Assembly (NCBI GenBank): GCA_005878615.1
Contig: VBLT01000120.1
Location: 1-62,946 of the forward strand
DNA: 62,946 nucleotides
Source of the DNA: Methanobacteriota archaeon
GTDB lineage: Archaea; Thermoplasmatota; Thermoplasmata; RBG-16-68-12
Direction: 5' to 3'
Positions 27,839 to 36,155 of this stretch are shown in pieces. The notes beneath the pieces were generated by a model that was not told the DNA's origin, did no database searches, and worked only from the letters and a program-made list of their open reading frames with translations. The translations under genes and the position numbers were made by a program. How positions within the stretch are numbered: the first letter of the stretch is position 1; each line of letters starts with the position of its first letter.

Positions 27839-27895
27839 AAATTCCCGCCTGGCACTGGGCATACCCGGCGAGACCCGCTTAAACGTTATGGGAGC

Positions 27896-27913
27896 GTTAT
27901 CCTCGGGGATAAT
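27896..27913 (-). promoter_or_regulatory. 18-nt palindrome GTTATC-N6-GATAAT, 12 nt upstream of a TTTAAG TATA-like box for the GTPase 3-2 unit
   Basis: The plus strand reads GTTATCCTCGGGGATAAT. This is the second copy of the motif found at 26605-26622. Confidence 0.5.
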
Positions 27914-28016
27914 TGATTGGCCGCGCGGAGCCCGGCCTCATCGAAACGTACTCCGTGACGGAGAATGGCAAACGATGATGTATCCTCGCCGAAATACGGG
28001 GACCGAAGGTGGCCCG

Positions 28017-28181
28017 ATGTGCGACGAATATTATGACGAACGGATGAAAGCGGTCTGGCGGGCGCTCGCCGACGAATCCGAACTCGAACGCGACGAAGAA
28101 AGTGAAGAGGAGTCTCCACGGCCGATCGCGATCGAGCCGCTCGATCTCCCGAAGGCGAAACCGAAAGCCCTTCTCCGTTGA
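28017..28181 (+). CDS. possible small acidic protein (54 aa)
   Basis: MCDEYYDERMKAVWRALADESELERDEESEEESPRPIAIEPLDLPKAKPKALLR. GGTGG lies 5 nt upstream of the ATG. Divergent from GTPase 3. No homology recognised. Confidence 0.3.
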   Translation: MCDEYYDERMKAVWRALADESELERDEESEEESPRPIAIEPLDLPKAKPKALLR

Positions 28182-28216
28182 GGGCCGCCGTTCGGCGAGA
28201 AATGGGCATTTCCTCC

Positions 28217-28234
28217 GAGAGACGCGCGTCTCTC
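28217..28234. repeat. perfect 18-nt palindrome GAGAGACGCGCGTCTCTC
   Basis: Read directly from the sequence. It lies immediately upstream of the BRE/TATA-like CCAAAAAGCTAAATAG (28236-28251), ahead of the rpl3 operon. Confidence 0.9.
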
Positions 28235-28431
28235 TCCAAAAAGCTAAATAGCCCCCCTCCATAGGGACGGCCCAACGCGCCGACCAGACGCCCCCCCGGG
28301 CAATCCGCCTGAGGATCCCGGAAATGCGAACCCGAAACTTCTGGGCCCCGCAGGAAGCGTCACGGCGGCGTGGCATTCGCCCGCGGCTCGTTGCACGCGA
28401 CGAGAGATCGCTTTACGCGGAGGACTCGCCG

Positions 28432-29436
28432 ATGCCGAAGGAACACCGACCACGACACGGCTCGATGGGCTTTTCGCCCCGCAAGCGCAGCGAGAGCCCG
28501 ATTCCCCACTTCTCGAGCTGGCCCGACCTGGACGGCGGCAGCCCGAAGGTCCAGGGCTTTGCGGGCTACAAGGCGGGGATGACGCACGCGATCGTGGTGG
28601 ACTACCGGCCCACGTCGACCACGTCGGGTCAAGAGGTCCAGATTCCCGTCACCGTCCTCGAGGTCCCTCCAATGCACGTGGCGGCGGTTCGACTCTACCA
28701 TCGGGAGCCCGAGGGCCTGAGGACCCAGGCGGAAGTGTGGAGCCCGAAGCTCGACAAGGAACTGCGAAGGGTCTTCCCGATTCCGAAGGACTACGACGCG
28801 GGGGAAGCATGGAAAAAGGTGGATCCCGCGCAAATCGACGACGTGCGCCTCATCACCTACACGCAGCCGGCGCTGCTGACCGGGGTGCCGAAGAAGAAGC
28901 CGGATCTCATGGAGAATCGGGTCGGCGGCGGTTCCATCGAGGACCGCATCAAGTACGCGAAGCAGCTGCTCGGGACGGACATCGCCGTCACGGAATTCTG
29001 TCGGGAAGGATCGATGGTCGATGTCGCCGCGATCACGAAAGGGAAGGGGTGGAAGGGGCACCACACCCGATGGGGCACGCGGCTCCTGAGCCACAAGAAC
29101 TCGAAGCACCGCAGGAACATCGGGACGCTCGGGAACTTTCAGCCGGGGTACGTGCGGCCGACGGTCCCGCAAGGCGGACAGTTCGGGTACCATCAGCGCA
29201 CCGAGTACAACAAGCGGATTTTGAAGATCGGCGAGAAGGGTGAGGAGATTAATCCGAGCGGCGGGTTCCTCTCGTACGGGATCGTCCGCAATTCGTACGT
29301 GCTGCTCCATGGTTCGATCCCGGGCCCCGCGAAACGACTCATCCGCCTCCGAGATGCTGCCCGAGTTGGCTATGTGAAACTGGAAAAGTCTCCCGACCTT
29401 ACGTACCTCTCGCGCGAATCGAAGCAGGGGGTGTGA
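28432..29436 (+). CDS. rpl3: 50S ribosomal protein L3 (uL3)
   Basis: Internal ATG 28432. HRPRHGSMGFSPRKR... FAGYKAGMTH... Confidence 0.95.
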   Translation: MPKEHRPRHGSMGFSPRKRSESPIPHFSSWPDLDGGSPKVQGFAGYKAGMTHAIVVDYRPTSTTSGQEVQIPVTVLEVPPMHVAAVRLYHREPEGLRTQAEVWSPKLDKELRRVFPIPKDYDAGEAWKKVDPAQIDDVRLITYTQPALLTGVPKKKPDLMENRVGGGSIEDRIKYAKQLLGTDIAVTEFCREGSMVDVAAITKGKGWKGHHTRWGTRLLSHKNSKHRRNIGTLGNFQPGYVRPTVPQGGQFGYHQRTEYNKRILKIGEKGEEINPSGGFLSYGIVRNSYVLLHGSIPGPAKRLIRLRDAARVGYVKLEKSPDLTYLSRESKQGV

Positions 29437-29502
29437 GGCATCCCCGCGAAGGACAAGAAGGAGGCGTCCGCCGAAGACGAGAAGGCGCCGCCGAAGCCGC
29501 GG

Positions 29503-30366
29503 GTGCGACGGAAGAAGGCGACCGCAGCGGAGAAGCCGCCGAAGGCGACGAAAGCCCCGAAGGCAAAGCAGACCCCGCGTCCGGAAGGCGGTCGTGTTCA
29601 CGTTTATTCCCTCGACGGCGACGTGGTCAAGTCCGTCGACCTCCCGCCGATCTTCCAAGGCGACGTTCGATCCGACCTCATCCGCCGGGCCGTCACCGCG
29701 GCGCAGGCGAATCGACGCCAGCCCTACGGCTCCGCGTTCCGGTCGGGATTGAGCCACTCCGTCCGCTGGTCGGGCAAGGGGCACGGAGTGTCCCGCGTGC
29801 CGCGGCTCCGCGGTTCGATGACCGGCGCGCAGGCGCCGGGCACCGTCGGAGGCCGCCGCGCGCACCCTCCTCGCCCGGACAAGGTCTGGGCCAAGAAGAT
29901 CAACGAGAAGGAGCGGCGGATGGCCCGAAACGCGGCCCTGGCCGCGCTCAAGGAATCGGAGATCGTCGCGGCGCGCGGCCACCATTTCAAGGAGGAGCTG
30001 AGCCTCCCCGTCATCGTCGAAGATGGGCTCGAGACCCTCGAGCCGGAGGGGGGCGCCACCCGGGAGGGTGTCAAGATCCTCGATCGCCTCGGCGTGCTTT
30101 CGGACGTCGAGCGGGCGAAGGAGGGCCGCCACGTCCGGGCCGGTCGCGGCAAGATGCGCGGCCGGAGGTACCGCCAGCCGCGGAGCCTGCTCGTCGTCGT
30201 GAAAGACCCGAAGAAGGTGCGCCGGTTGTTCGGGAACCTCCCGGGCGTCGAGGTCGTCAGCCCGGCGGGCCTGAACGCCGAGGTGCTCGCGCCCGGCGGC
30301 GATCCGGGCCGACTCGCGGTATTCAGCGAGGGAGCCCTCGAAGTGTTGCGGAGTTGGCAGCCATGA
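29503..30366 (+). CDS. rpl4: 50S ribosomal protein L4 (uL4) with K/A/P-rich N-terminal tail
   Basis: VHVYSLDGDVVKSVDLPPIF... GKGHGVSRVPR. GTG start. No ATG/GTG/TTG lies in frame between the L3 stop and 29503. Confidence 0.9.
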   Translation: MRRKKATAAEKPPKATKAPKAKQTPRPEGGRVHVYSLDGDVVKSVDLPPIFQGDVRSDLIRRAVTAAQANRRQPYGSAFRSGLSHSVRWSGKGHGVSRVPRLRGSMTGAQAPGTVGGRRAHPPRPDKVWAKKINEKERRMARNAALAALKESEIVAARGHHFKEELSLPVIVEDGLETLEPEGGATREGVKILDRLGVLSDVERAKEGRHVRAGRGKMRGRRYRQPRSLLVVVKDPKKVRRLFGNLPGVEVVSPAGLNAEVLAPGGDPGRLAVFSEGALEVLRSWQP

Positions 30367-30644
30367 AACCGCACGAGATCCTCATCCATCCCTACGTCAC
30401 CGAGAAGACGCTCAACATGCTCCAGGGCACGCCCGCTCAGAACCTGAAGGACGGAAATCGCCTCGAGTTCCTCGTGATCCGCCGTGCGACGAGGGACCAG
30501 GTCAAGAAGGCGTTCGAGGAACTGTTCCAGGTCAAGGTCGAGAAGGTCAACACGTTCGTCCGGAGGGACGGCAAGCACGCGATCATCAAACTCAAGCCGG
30601 AGTTCTCCGCGGAAGAAATCGGGATGCGGATTGGGGTGTTCTGA
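30363..30644 (+). CDS. rpl23: 50S ribosomal protein L23 (uL23)
   Basis: MKPHEILIHPYVTEKTLNML... ATGA overlap with the rpl4 stop. It is the C-terminal part of track ORF 29433..30644. Confidence 0.95.
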   Translation: MKPHEILIHPYVTEKTLNMLQGTPAQNLKDGNRLEFLVIRRATRDQVKKAFEELFQVKVEKVNTFVRRDGKHAIIKLKPEFSAEEIGMRIGVF

Positions 30645-31357
30645 TGGGCAAGAACCTTCCGGGCCAGCGCCGCGGCCGCGGGACCTCGCCGACGTATCGG
30701 TCGCCGAGCCACCGCCATCCGGGTCCGGTCGTGCACCCGCATCTCCGCGGCACCGGCGTCGTGACCGCCATCTTCCAAGCGCCGGGCCACACGGCCCCGC
30801 TCGCGCGGGTGCGGTTCGATGGCCACGAAGTGCTCATGATCGCGTGCGACGGGCTTTCCGTCGGGCAGCCGGTGACCCACGGCCCTCCGAATCTCGACCG
30901 CGGGAACACGATGGCGTTGCGCGAGATCCCCGAAGGGACCCTCGTCTACAATCTCGAGGCGATGCCGGGAGACGGGGGCCGCTTCGTCCGCGCCGCGGGC
31001 ACGCAGGCCGTCGTCGTGAGCCAGGGAGATCGGACCGTCGTCCAGTTGCCGTCGGGCCAGTTCCGATCGTTCCATCCCGATTGCCGCGCGACAATCGGCG
31101 CGGTCGCCGGCGCGGGCCGCGGGGACAAGCCCTTCACAAAGGCCGGCAAGAAATGGTTCTCCTTCCAGTCCTTCAGCAAGCCCTACTTCAAGGTCCGCGG
31201 GGTCGCGATGAATCCCGTCGACCATCCGCATGGAGGCGGATCGCACCAGCACGTCGGCAAGCCGTCGACCGTCGGATTCGACGCTCCTCCCGGCCGGAAG
31301 GTCGGCCGGATGTCCCCCAAGCCGAAGCGACTGAAGGAGAAGCGACGACGGAGGTAA
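30644..31357 (+). CDS. rpl2: 50S ribosomal protein L2 (uL2)
   Basis: GVAMNPVDHPHGGGSHQHVGKPSTV. Confidence 0.95.
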   Translation: MGKNLPGQRRGRGTSPTYRSPSHRHPGPVVHPHLRGTGVVTAIFQAPGHTAPLARVRFDGHEVLMIACDGLSVGQPVTHGPPNLDRGNTMALREIPEGTLVYNLEAMPGDGGRFVRAAGTQAVVVSQGDRTVVQLPSGQFRSFHPDCRATIGAVAGAGRGDKPFTKAGKKWFSFQSFSKPYFKVRGVAMNPVDHPHGGGSHQHVGKPSTVGFDAPPGRKVGRMSPKPKRLKEKRRRR

Positions 31358-31361
31358 ACGC

Positions 31362-31826
31362 ATGGCGAAGAAGATGGGCGGTCTCGCGAAGGCGGCACGG
31401 AGGAAGTTGCGGAAGCGCGCGGGCCTCGTGGAGACGCGACGCAAGAAAGAGTTCACCTACCGCGGCTACACGCTCGACGAGATGAAGGCGATGACGCTCG
31501 AGGAGATCATCGAGCTCCTGCCGGCGCGTCCTCGCCGGAGTTTCATCCGCGGCCTTGATGACGAGCGCCTGACGTTCGTCGAGAAGCTCCGCGCGAACGG
31601 GACCGACACGGCAGTCCGGACGCACTGCCGCGACGTGCCGATCCTGCCCGACTTCATCGGGAAGAAGGTCGCGATCCACAACGGGAAGGAGTTCGTGACG
31701 GTCGAGATCAAGTCCGAGATGATCGGCCATTTCATCGGCGAGTTCGCGATGACTCGCAAGCCCGTGGTCCACAGCGGACCGGGCGTCGGCGCGACGCGCT
31801 CGTCGAAGTTCATGCCGCTGAAGTGA
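31362..31826 (+). CDS. rps19: 30S ribosomal protein S19 (uS19)
   Basis: IGKKVAIHNGKEFVTVEIKSEMIGHFIGEFAMTRK. Confidence 0.95.
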   Translation: MAKKMGGLAKAARRKLRKRAGLVETRRKKEFTYRGYTLDEMKAMTLEEIIELLPARPRRSFIRGLDDERLTFVEKLRANGTDTAVRTHCRDVPILPDFIGKKVAIHNGKEFVTVEIKSEMIGHFIGEFAMTRKPVVHSGPGVGATRSSKFMPLK

Positions 31827-31833
31827 GGATCGA

Positions 31834-32289
31834 ATGACGAAGCTCGGGTACACGGTGGAATACAAGATCGAGACGATGGCCCGAGCGTACGGCCGAGACC
31901 TCCCGATCGCATGGAAGAAGTCGATCGAGCTCGCGAGGCAGCTTCGCGGCCGGACGGTGGAGAAGGCTCGCGAATACCTGGAAAACGTGGCCTCCCTCAA
32001 GCAGGCGGTGCCGATGCGAACGTACGGGCGGTGGGTCGCGCACAAGTCCGGCATCGGGCCGGCGCGTTACCCGGTCAAAGCGGCGAAGGCCTTCCTCACG
32101 ATCCTCGAGAGCGCCGTCGCGAACGCGGAGTTCACCGGGAAGGAGGATCCGGACACGATGGTCATCGCGGTCATCAACGCCCACAAGGGCCCGACGTCGA
32201 AGGGCTACCGACCCCGCGCGTACGGGCGCAGCAGTCCGTGGAATCAAGACACCGTCAATCTGGAGATCGTCCTCGAAGAGGTGGAGTAG
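31834..32289 (+). CDS. rpl22: 50S ribosomal protein L22 (uL22)
   Basis: ARAYGRDLPIAWKKSIELARQLRG... KGYRPRAYGRSSPWN. Confidence 0.95.
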   Translation: MTKLGYTVEYKIETMARAYGRDLPIAWKKSIELARQLRGRTVEKAREYLENVASLKQAVPMRTYGRWVAHKSGIGPARYPVKAAKAFLTILESAVANAEFTGKEDPDTMVIAVINAHKGPTSKGYRPRAYGRSSPWNQDTVNLEIVLEEVE

Positions 32290-32308
32290 GTGCCGGAGAC
32301 AATACCTG

Positions 32309-33109
32309 ATGAGCGAGACCCGCCGGGCCGGGTTCGGCGGCCTCGACATCCAGCGGACTCCCATGGGGACCCGCGTCACGCTGCTCGCGGAGCGACCGGG
32401 CCTCGTCATCGGGCGGAAGGGCGGGGCGATCAAGAGCCTCACGGAGGCCGTCGAACGTCAATTCAAGTTCGACAATCCCCAGATCGAAGTGCAGGAGGTC
32501 GGAAGCCCGGCCCTCAACGCACAGATCATGGCGGAGAAGCTCGCGAACGCGCTCGAGCGCGGTTGGCATTTCCGGCGGGCAGGCCATTCGACCGTGCGAC
32601 GGATCATGGAGGCCGGCGCGAAAGGCTGCCTCGTCGTCATCGCAGGCAAGCTGACGGGGCAGCGGCACCGCAGGGAGAAGTTCAAGTCCGGCCACATCAA
32701 GTACTGCGGCGAGCCGCGCAACCTCTGGATGGACCGCGGCTTCGCGGCGGCGAAACTCAAGCCCGGGATCATCGGCGTGACGGTCGAAATCATGGACCCG
32801 CGGGCGAAGCTGCCCGATGAGATCGAGATCAAGCAGCCGTCGGCCGAATACGTGGCCGCGGCCGCCGCCATGGCCGAGGCAGCCCTCATCGCGCGGGCGC
32901 AGCCCCAGCCCGAAGCGGTCCCCGCAACGGTTCCCGCCGAGGGCGAACCCGAAGAACCGGAACCCCTCATTGTGGAGGAGCCGAAGGCGCCCGAGACGAA
33001 GGTGAAGCGCGGCAAGGTCGCCTCGAAGCGGTTGAAGAAGGTCGCGAAGGAAGTGAAGGCGCTCGGCGTGGACGCCGACGTCGAGCCGAGCGGAGGCGAC
33101 GACGCCTAA
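32309..33109 (+). CDS. rps3: 30S ribosomal protein S3 (uS3) with acidic/P-rich C-terminal tail
   Basis: KH domain: GFGGLDIQRTPMGTRVTLLAERPGLVIGRKGGAIKSL. Confidence 0.95.
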   Translation: MSETRRAGFGGLDIQRTPMGTRVTLLAERPGLVIGRKGGAIKSLTEAVERQFKFDNPQIEVQEVGSPALNAQIMAEKLANALERGWHFRRAGHSTVRRIMEAGAKGCLVVIAGKLTGQRHRREKFKSGHIKYCGEPRNLWMDRGFAAAKLKPGIIGVTVEIMDPRAKLPDEIEIKQPSAEYVAAAAAMAEAALIARAQPQPEAVPATVPAEGEPEEPEPLIVEEPKAPETKVKRGKVASKRLKKVAKEVKALGVDADVEPSGGDDA

Positions 33110-33363
33110 TGCCCCTGCTGCGCACGAAGGAAATCCGGGCGATGGACGCCGACACGCTCGGCAAGAAGCTCTCGGAACTTCGAGACGAGCTGATGCACGA
33201 GCGCGGCGTCGCGGCGATGGGCGGCGCGCCCCCGAATCCCGGGAAGATCCGCGCCCTTCGTAAGAACATCGCCCGCATCCTCACGATCCTGTCCGAGGAG
33301 CGGCGGCTCGGGACCGCCCCGGCGCCCGCGCCGAAGGAGACGGAAAAGGAGGGGACCTCGTGA
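33109..33363 (+). CDS. rpl29: 50S ribosomal protein L29 (uL29)
   Basis: LRTKEIRAMDADTLGKKLSELRDELMHER. TAATG overlap with the rps3 stop. Confidence 0.9.
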   Translation: MPLLRTKEIRAMDADTLGKKLSELRDELMHERGVAAMGGAPPNPGKIRALRKNIARILTILSEERRLGTAPAPAPKETEKEGTS

Positions 33364-33611
33364 ACCTTCGGAAGCACGAGCTCATCGGGCTCCAGGTCGA
33401 GGTCGTCGCGGCGACGGACCCCAGCCAGGAGCACCTTCGCGGACGCGTCGTCGATGAGACGCGGAACACCCTCGTACTCGACATCCGTGGCGACGAGAAA
33501 CGGATTCCGAAGGAAGGGAGCCGCTTCCGCTTCGAAGTCCAGGGCGGTTTCGAGATCGACGGGGCGGACATCCGATTTCGGCCGGAAGACCGCGTGAAGA
33601 AGGCTCGGTGA
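33360..33611 (+). CDS. rnp1: RNase P protein component 1 (Rpp29/Pop4)
   Basis: HELIGLQVEVVAATDPSQEHLRGRVVDETRNTLVLD. Conserved position between rpl29 and rps17. Confidence 0.85.
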   Translation: MNLRKHELIGLQVEVVAATDPSQEHLRGRVVDETRNTLVLDIRGDEKRIPKEGSRFRFEVQGGFEIDGADIRFRPEDRVKKAR

Positions 33612-34006
33612 GGTTCATGGCGGAGAAGAAGGGGAGACGGAAGGCGGCCACGGCGGCGGTGCCATCGGCCCCCGGCGCCCGCGACATCGGCATTGACGTC
33701 CCCTCCCCCGCGAAGGTTTGCACGGACCGCAAGTGTCCGTTCCACGGCGGCCTTCCCGTGCGCGGCCAGATGCTCGAAGGCGTCGTCGTCTCGACCCGCA
33801 TGCAGAATACGGTCGTCATCGAGCGGGAGTACCTTCGGTACATCCAGAAGTTCGAACGATTCGAGAAGCGGACGCGACGGTTGAATGTCCACGCTCCGCC
33901 GTGTCTCGGCCTCCAGGTCGGGCACCGCCTCGTCGCGATGGAGTGCCGGCCTCTCGGGAAGACCGTGCACTTCGTCGCAATCCACAACCAGGGGGTCGCG
34001 GCGTGA
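33608..34006 (+). CDS. rps17: 30S ribosomal protein S17 (uS17)
   Basis: [35 protein letters not shown]. The start is either GTG 33608 (GTGA overlap) or ATG 33617. Confidence 0.9.
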   Translation: MRFMAEKKGRRKAATAAVPSAPGARDIGIDVPSPAKVCTDRKCPFHGGLPVRGQMLEGVVVSTRMQNTVVIEREYLRYIQKFERFEKRTRRLNVHAPPCLGLQVGHRLVAMECRPLGKTVHFVAIHNQGVAA

Positions 34007-34401
34007 AGGGCCTTCCCGGACGCCAGATGCGCGGCCTCCCGAAAGGCGCGCGCCTTGAATGCATCGACAACACCGGCGCGAAGATCGTCGAGATCATTGA
34101 GGTGATGAAGTACCGCGGCGTGCGGAACCGGCTCGCGTCCGCGGGCATCGCCGACCTCCTCGTCGTCGCCGTGAAGAAGGGGACGCCGGAGACGCGAAAG
34201 CAGGTGATGAACGCGGTCGTCGTGCGCCAGCGTCGCCCCTTCCGGCGCCCCGAGGGGATGATGGTCCAGTTCGAGGACAACGCGTGCGTGATCGTGACCC
34301 CGGAAGGCGAGGTGAAGGGATCGGACATCAAGGGACCGGTCGCCCGCGAGGCGGCCGAGCGGTGGCCCCGCGTCGCGGCGACCGCGAGCATGATCGTGTG
34401 A
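34003..34401 (+). CDS. rpl14: 50S ribosomal protein L14 (uL14)
   Basis: [19 protein letters not shown]... GTG start overlapping the rps17 stop. It is the C-terminal part of track ORF 33718..34401. Confidence 0.95.
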   Translation: MKGLPGRQMRGLPKGARLECIDNTGAKIVEIIEVMKYRGVRNRLASAGIADLLVVAVKKGTPETRKQVMNAVVVRQRRPFRRPEGMMVQFEDNACVIVTPEGEVKGSDIKGPVAREAAERWPRVAATASMIV

Positions 34402-34409
34402 GGCATCGC

Positions 34410-34778
34410 ATGACGAGCATACAACCGAGGACGCAACGGAAACAGGCGGCCAACGCTCCCCTCCATGTGAAACGGATCCTCGCCTCCTCCCACCTCTCGG
34501 CGGAGCTCCATGACAAGGCGAAGGGACGCCTCCCGCGAGCGCTGCCGGTCCGCAAGGGCGACACCGTCCGCGTCATGCGGGGCGGATTCCGCGGGCGGGA
34601 GGGCAAGGTGGTCTCCGTGGATCGCGTGCACGGGACCGTCGTCATCGAGGGCATCACGATCGAGAAGGTCGACGAGAAGAAGGTCGCGAGGCCCTTGCAC
34701 GCCTCGAATCTCCTGATCATCCGAATGGACGACACGGACGCGTGGCGTCGACGCAAGCTCGAGGAGAAATCGAAGTGA
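34410..34778 (+). CDS. rpl24: 50S ribosomal protein L24 (uL24)
   Basis: LPVRKGDTVRVMRGGFRGREGKVVSVD (KOW motif). Internal ATG 34410. Confidence 0.95.
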   Translation: MTSIQPRTQRKQAANAPLHVKRILASSHLSAELHDKAKGRLPRALPVRKGDTVRVMRGGFRGREGKVVSVDRVHGTVVIEGITIEKVDEKKVARPLHASNLLIIRMDDTDAWRRRKLEEKSK

Positions 34779-35485
34779 AGAAGCACCTCAAGCGACTGCC
34801 CGCCCCGCGGTCCTGGTCGATCCCCCGCAAGACCCACTTCTGGATCGTCCGTCCCTCGCCCGGCCCGCATGGGATCGGCGAGAGCGTGCCGCTCGGCTCG
34901 ATCCTCCGGGACATGCTCAAGGTCTGCGACACCGCCCGCGAGGCCCGGCATATCCTGAACAACCGCGGCGTCCTCGTCGACGGGCGCGCCGTGACGGATC
35001 CCAAGTTCCCCGTGGGCCTGATGGACGTGCTCACCTTGAGCCAGACGAAGGCCCACTATCGCATGCTCGTGGACACCCGCGGCCGCATGTCGCTCGTCGG
35101 CATCGAGGAGGGCGAGGCCACGTGGAAACTGTGCCGCGTCGAGGACAAGACGACCGTGCGGGGCGGGAAGACGCAGATCAACCTGCACGACGGCCGGAAC
35201 CTGGTCCTCCCGAAGGATTCGTACAAGACGGGGACCACCGTGAAGATGAACGTCCCCGGCCAGAAGGTCGTCGAGCACTACGAACTGAGCAAGGGCGCGC
35301 CGGTCCTGGTGACCGCGGGCCAGCACGTCGGAGAGATCGCCCACGTCCTCGAGGTCCAGCGAACGCGGAACCCGCGGGCGAACATCGTCACGTTCACGGA
35401 AGGCTTCTCGACGGACATCCACAAGGTGTTCGTCCTCGGGACGGAAGGGCCCACGATCAAGACGCCGGAGGCTCCGGCGATCTAG
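34775..35485 (+). CDS. rps4e: 30S ribosomal protein S4e (eS4)
   Basis: [34 protein letters not shown] 34775 overlaps the rpl24 stop. Confidence 0.95.
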   Translation: MKKHLKRLPAPRSWSIPRKTHFWIVRPSPGPHGIGESVPLGSILRDMLKVCDTAREARHILNNRGVLVDGRAVTDPKFPVGLMDVLTLSQTKAHYRMLVDTRGRMSLVGIEEGEATWKLCRVEDKTTVRGGKTQINLHDGRNLVLPKDSYKTGTTVKMNVPGQKVVEHYELSKGAPVLVTAGQHVGEIAHVLEVQRTRNPRANIVTFTEGFSTDIHKVFVLGTEGPTIKTPEAPAI

Positions 35486-35493
35486 GTGGGACG

Positions 35494-36003
35494 ATGGCGG
35501 GCATGCGCGAGATCCGGGTCGAGAAGGTCGTGGTCAACGTCGGCGTCGGCGAGGCGGGCGAGAAGCTCGTCAAGGCGCAGAAGGTGCTCGAGCTCGTGAC
35601 GAAGCAGAAGTCGGTCCAGACGCTCAGCCACCAGGCCGTCCGCGACTGGGGCGTCCGAAGGAACATGCCGATCGGGACGCGCGTCACGTTGCGCGGCGAG
35701 GGCGCCGAGTCGTTCCTGAAGTCCGCCCTCGACATCCGGAACAACCGCCTCCCGGGCTACAGTTTCGACGCCCGCGGGAACGTATCCTTCGGAATCCAGG
35801 ATTACACGGACTTCCCCGGGATGAAATACGATCCCGAGATCGGCGTGTTCGGGATGGACGTCAGCGTGAGCCTGCAACGGCCCGGCTGGCGCGTCGCCCG
35901 TCGAGCCATCCAAGCGCGACGGATCCCTCGCTCCCACCGCGTCTCCCGATCGGAAGGCATCGAGTTCATGAAGGTGCACTTCAAGGTCGAGGTGGTCGAG
36001 TGA
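35494..36003 (+). CDS. rpl5: 50S ribosomal protein L5 (uL5)
   Basis: [19 protein letters not shown]... [15 protein letters not shown]. Internal ATG 35494. Confidence 0.95.
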   Translation: MAGMREIRVEKVVVNVGVGEAGEKLVKAQKVLELVTKQKSVQTLSHQAVRDWGVRRNMPIGTRVTLRGEGAESFLKSALDIRNNRLPGYSFDARGNVSFGIQDYTDFPGMKYDPEIGVFGMDVSVSLQRPGWRVARRAIQARRIPRSHRVSRSEGIEFMKVHFKVEVVE

Positions 36004-36146
36004 ACCGGACGAAAGATTTCGGCCGGAAGAAAGGCTGCCTCCGCTGCGGACGGAAGCGGGGGATCGTCCGCCGCTACGGCCTGCACTTGTGCCGCCAGTG
36101 CTTCCGCGAGATCGCCTACGAGCTCGGCTTCCGGAAGTACAGCTGA
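36000..36146 (+). CDS. rps14: 30S ribosomal protein S14 type Z (uS14), 48 aa
   Basis: Not in the ORF track (<60 aa). Hand translation gives [48 protein letters not shown], with CxxC...CxxC. The GTG start overlaps the rpl5 stop. Confidence 0.9.
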   Translation: MNRTKDFGRKKGCLRCGRKRGIVRRYGLHLCRQCFREIAYELGFRKYS

Positions 36147-36155
36147 GGTGATCGT

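Noticed and set aside
27886-28376. Minus-strand ORFs of 129 and 159 aa in the GTPase/rpl3 spacer, examined as possible Roadblock/longin-type GTPase partners.
   Set aside because: Their composition is R-rich and irregular, with no alpha/beta pattern or motif. They overlap the putative promoter and leader region of rpl3.
29433-30362. 403-aa ORF 29433..30644 considered as one protein.
   Set aside because: Only its last 93 codons (L23) are meaningful. The rest is the +1 shadow of rpl4 (R/G/P-rich).
32290-32400. S3 appears to lack ~25 N-terminal residues compared with the archaeal S3 sequences I remember.
   Set aside because: No alternative in-frame start exists upstream between the rpl22 stop and 32309. 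This is likely natural variation or faulty recollection, and it needs an alignment.
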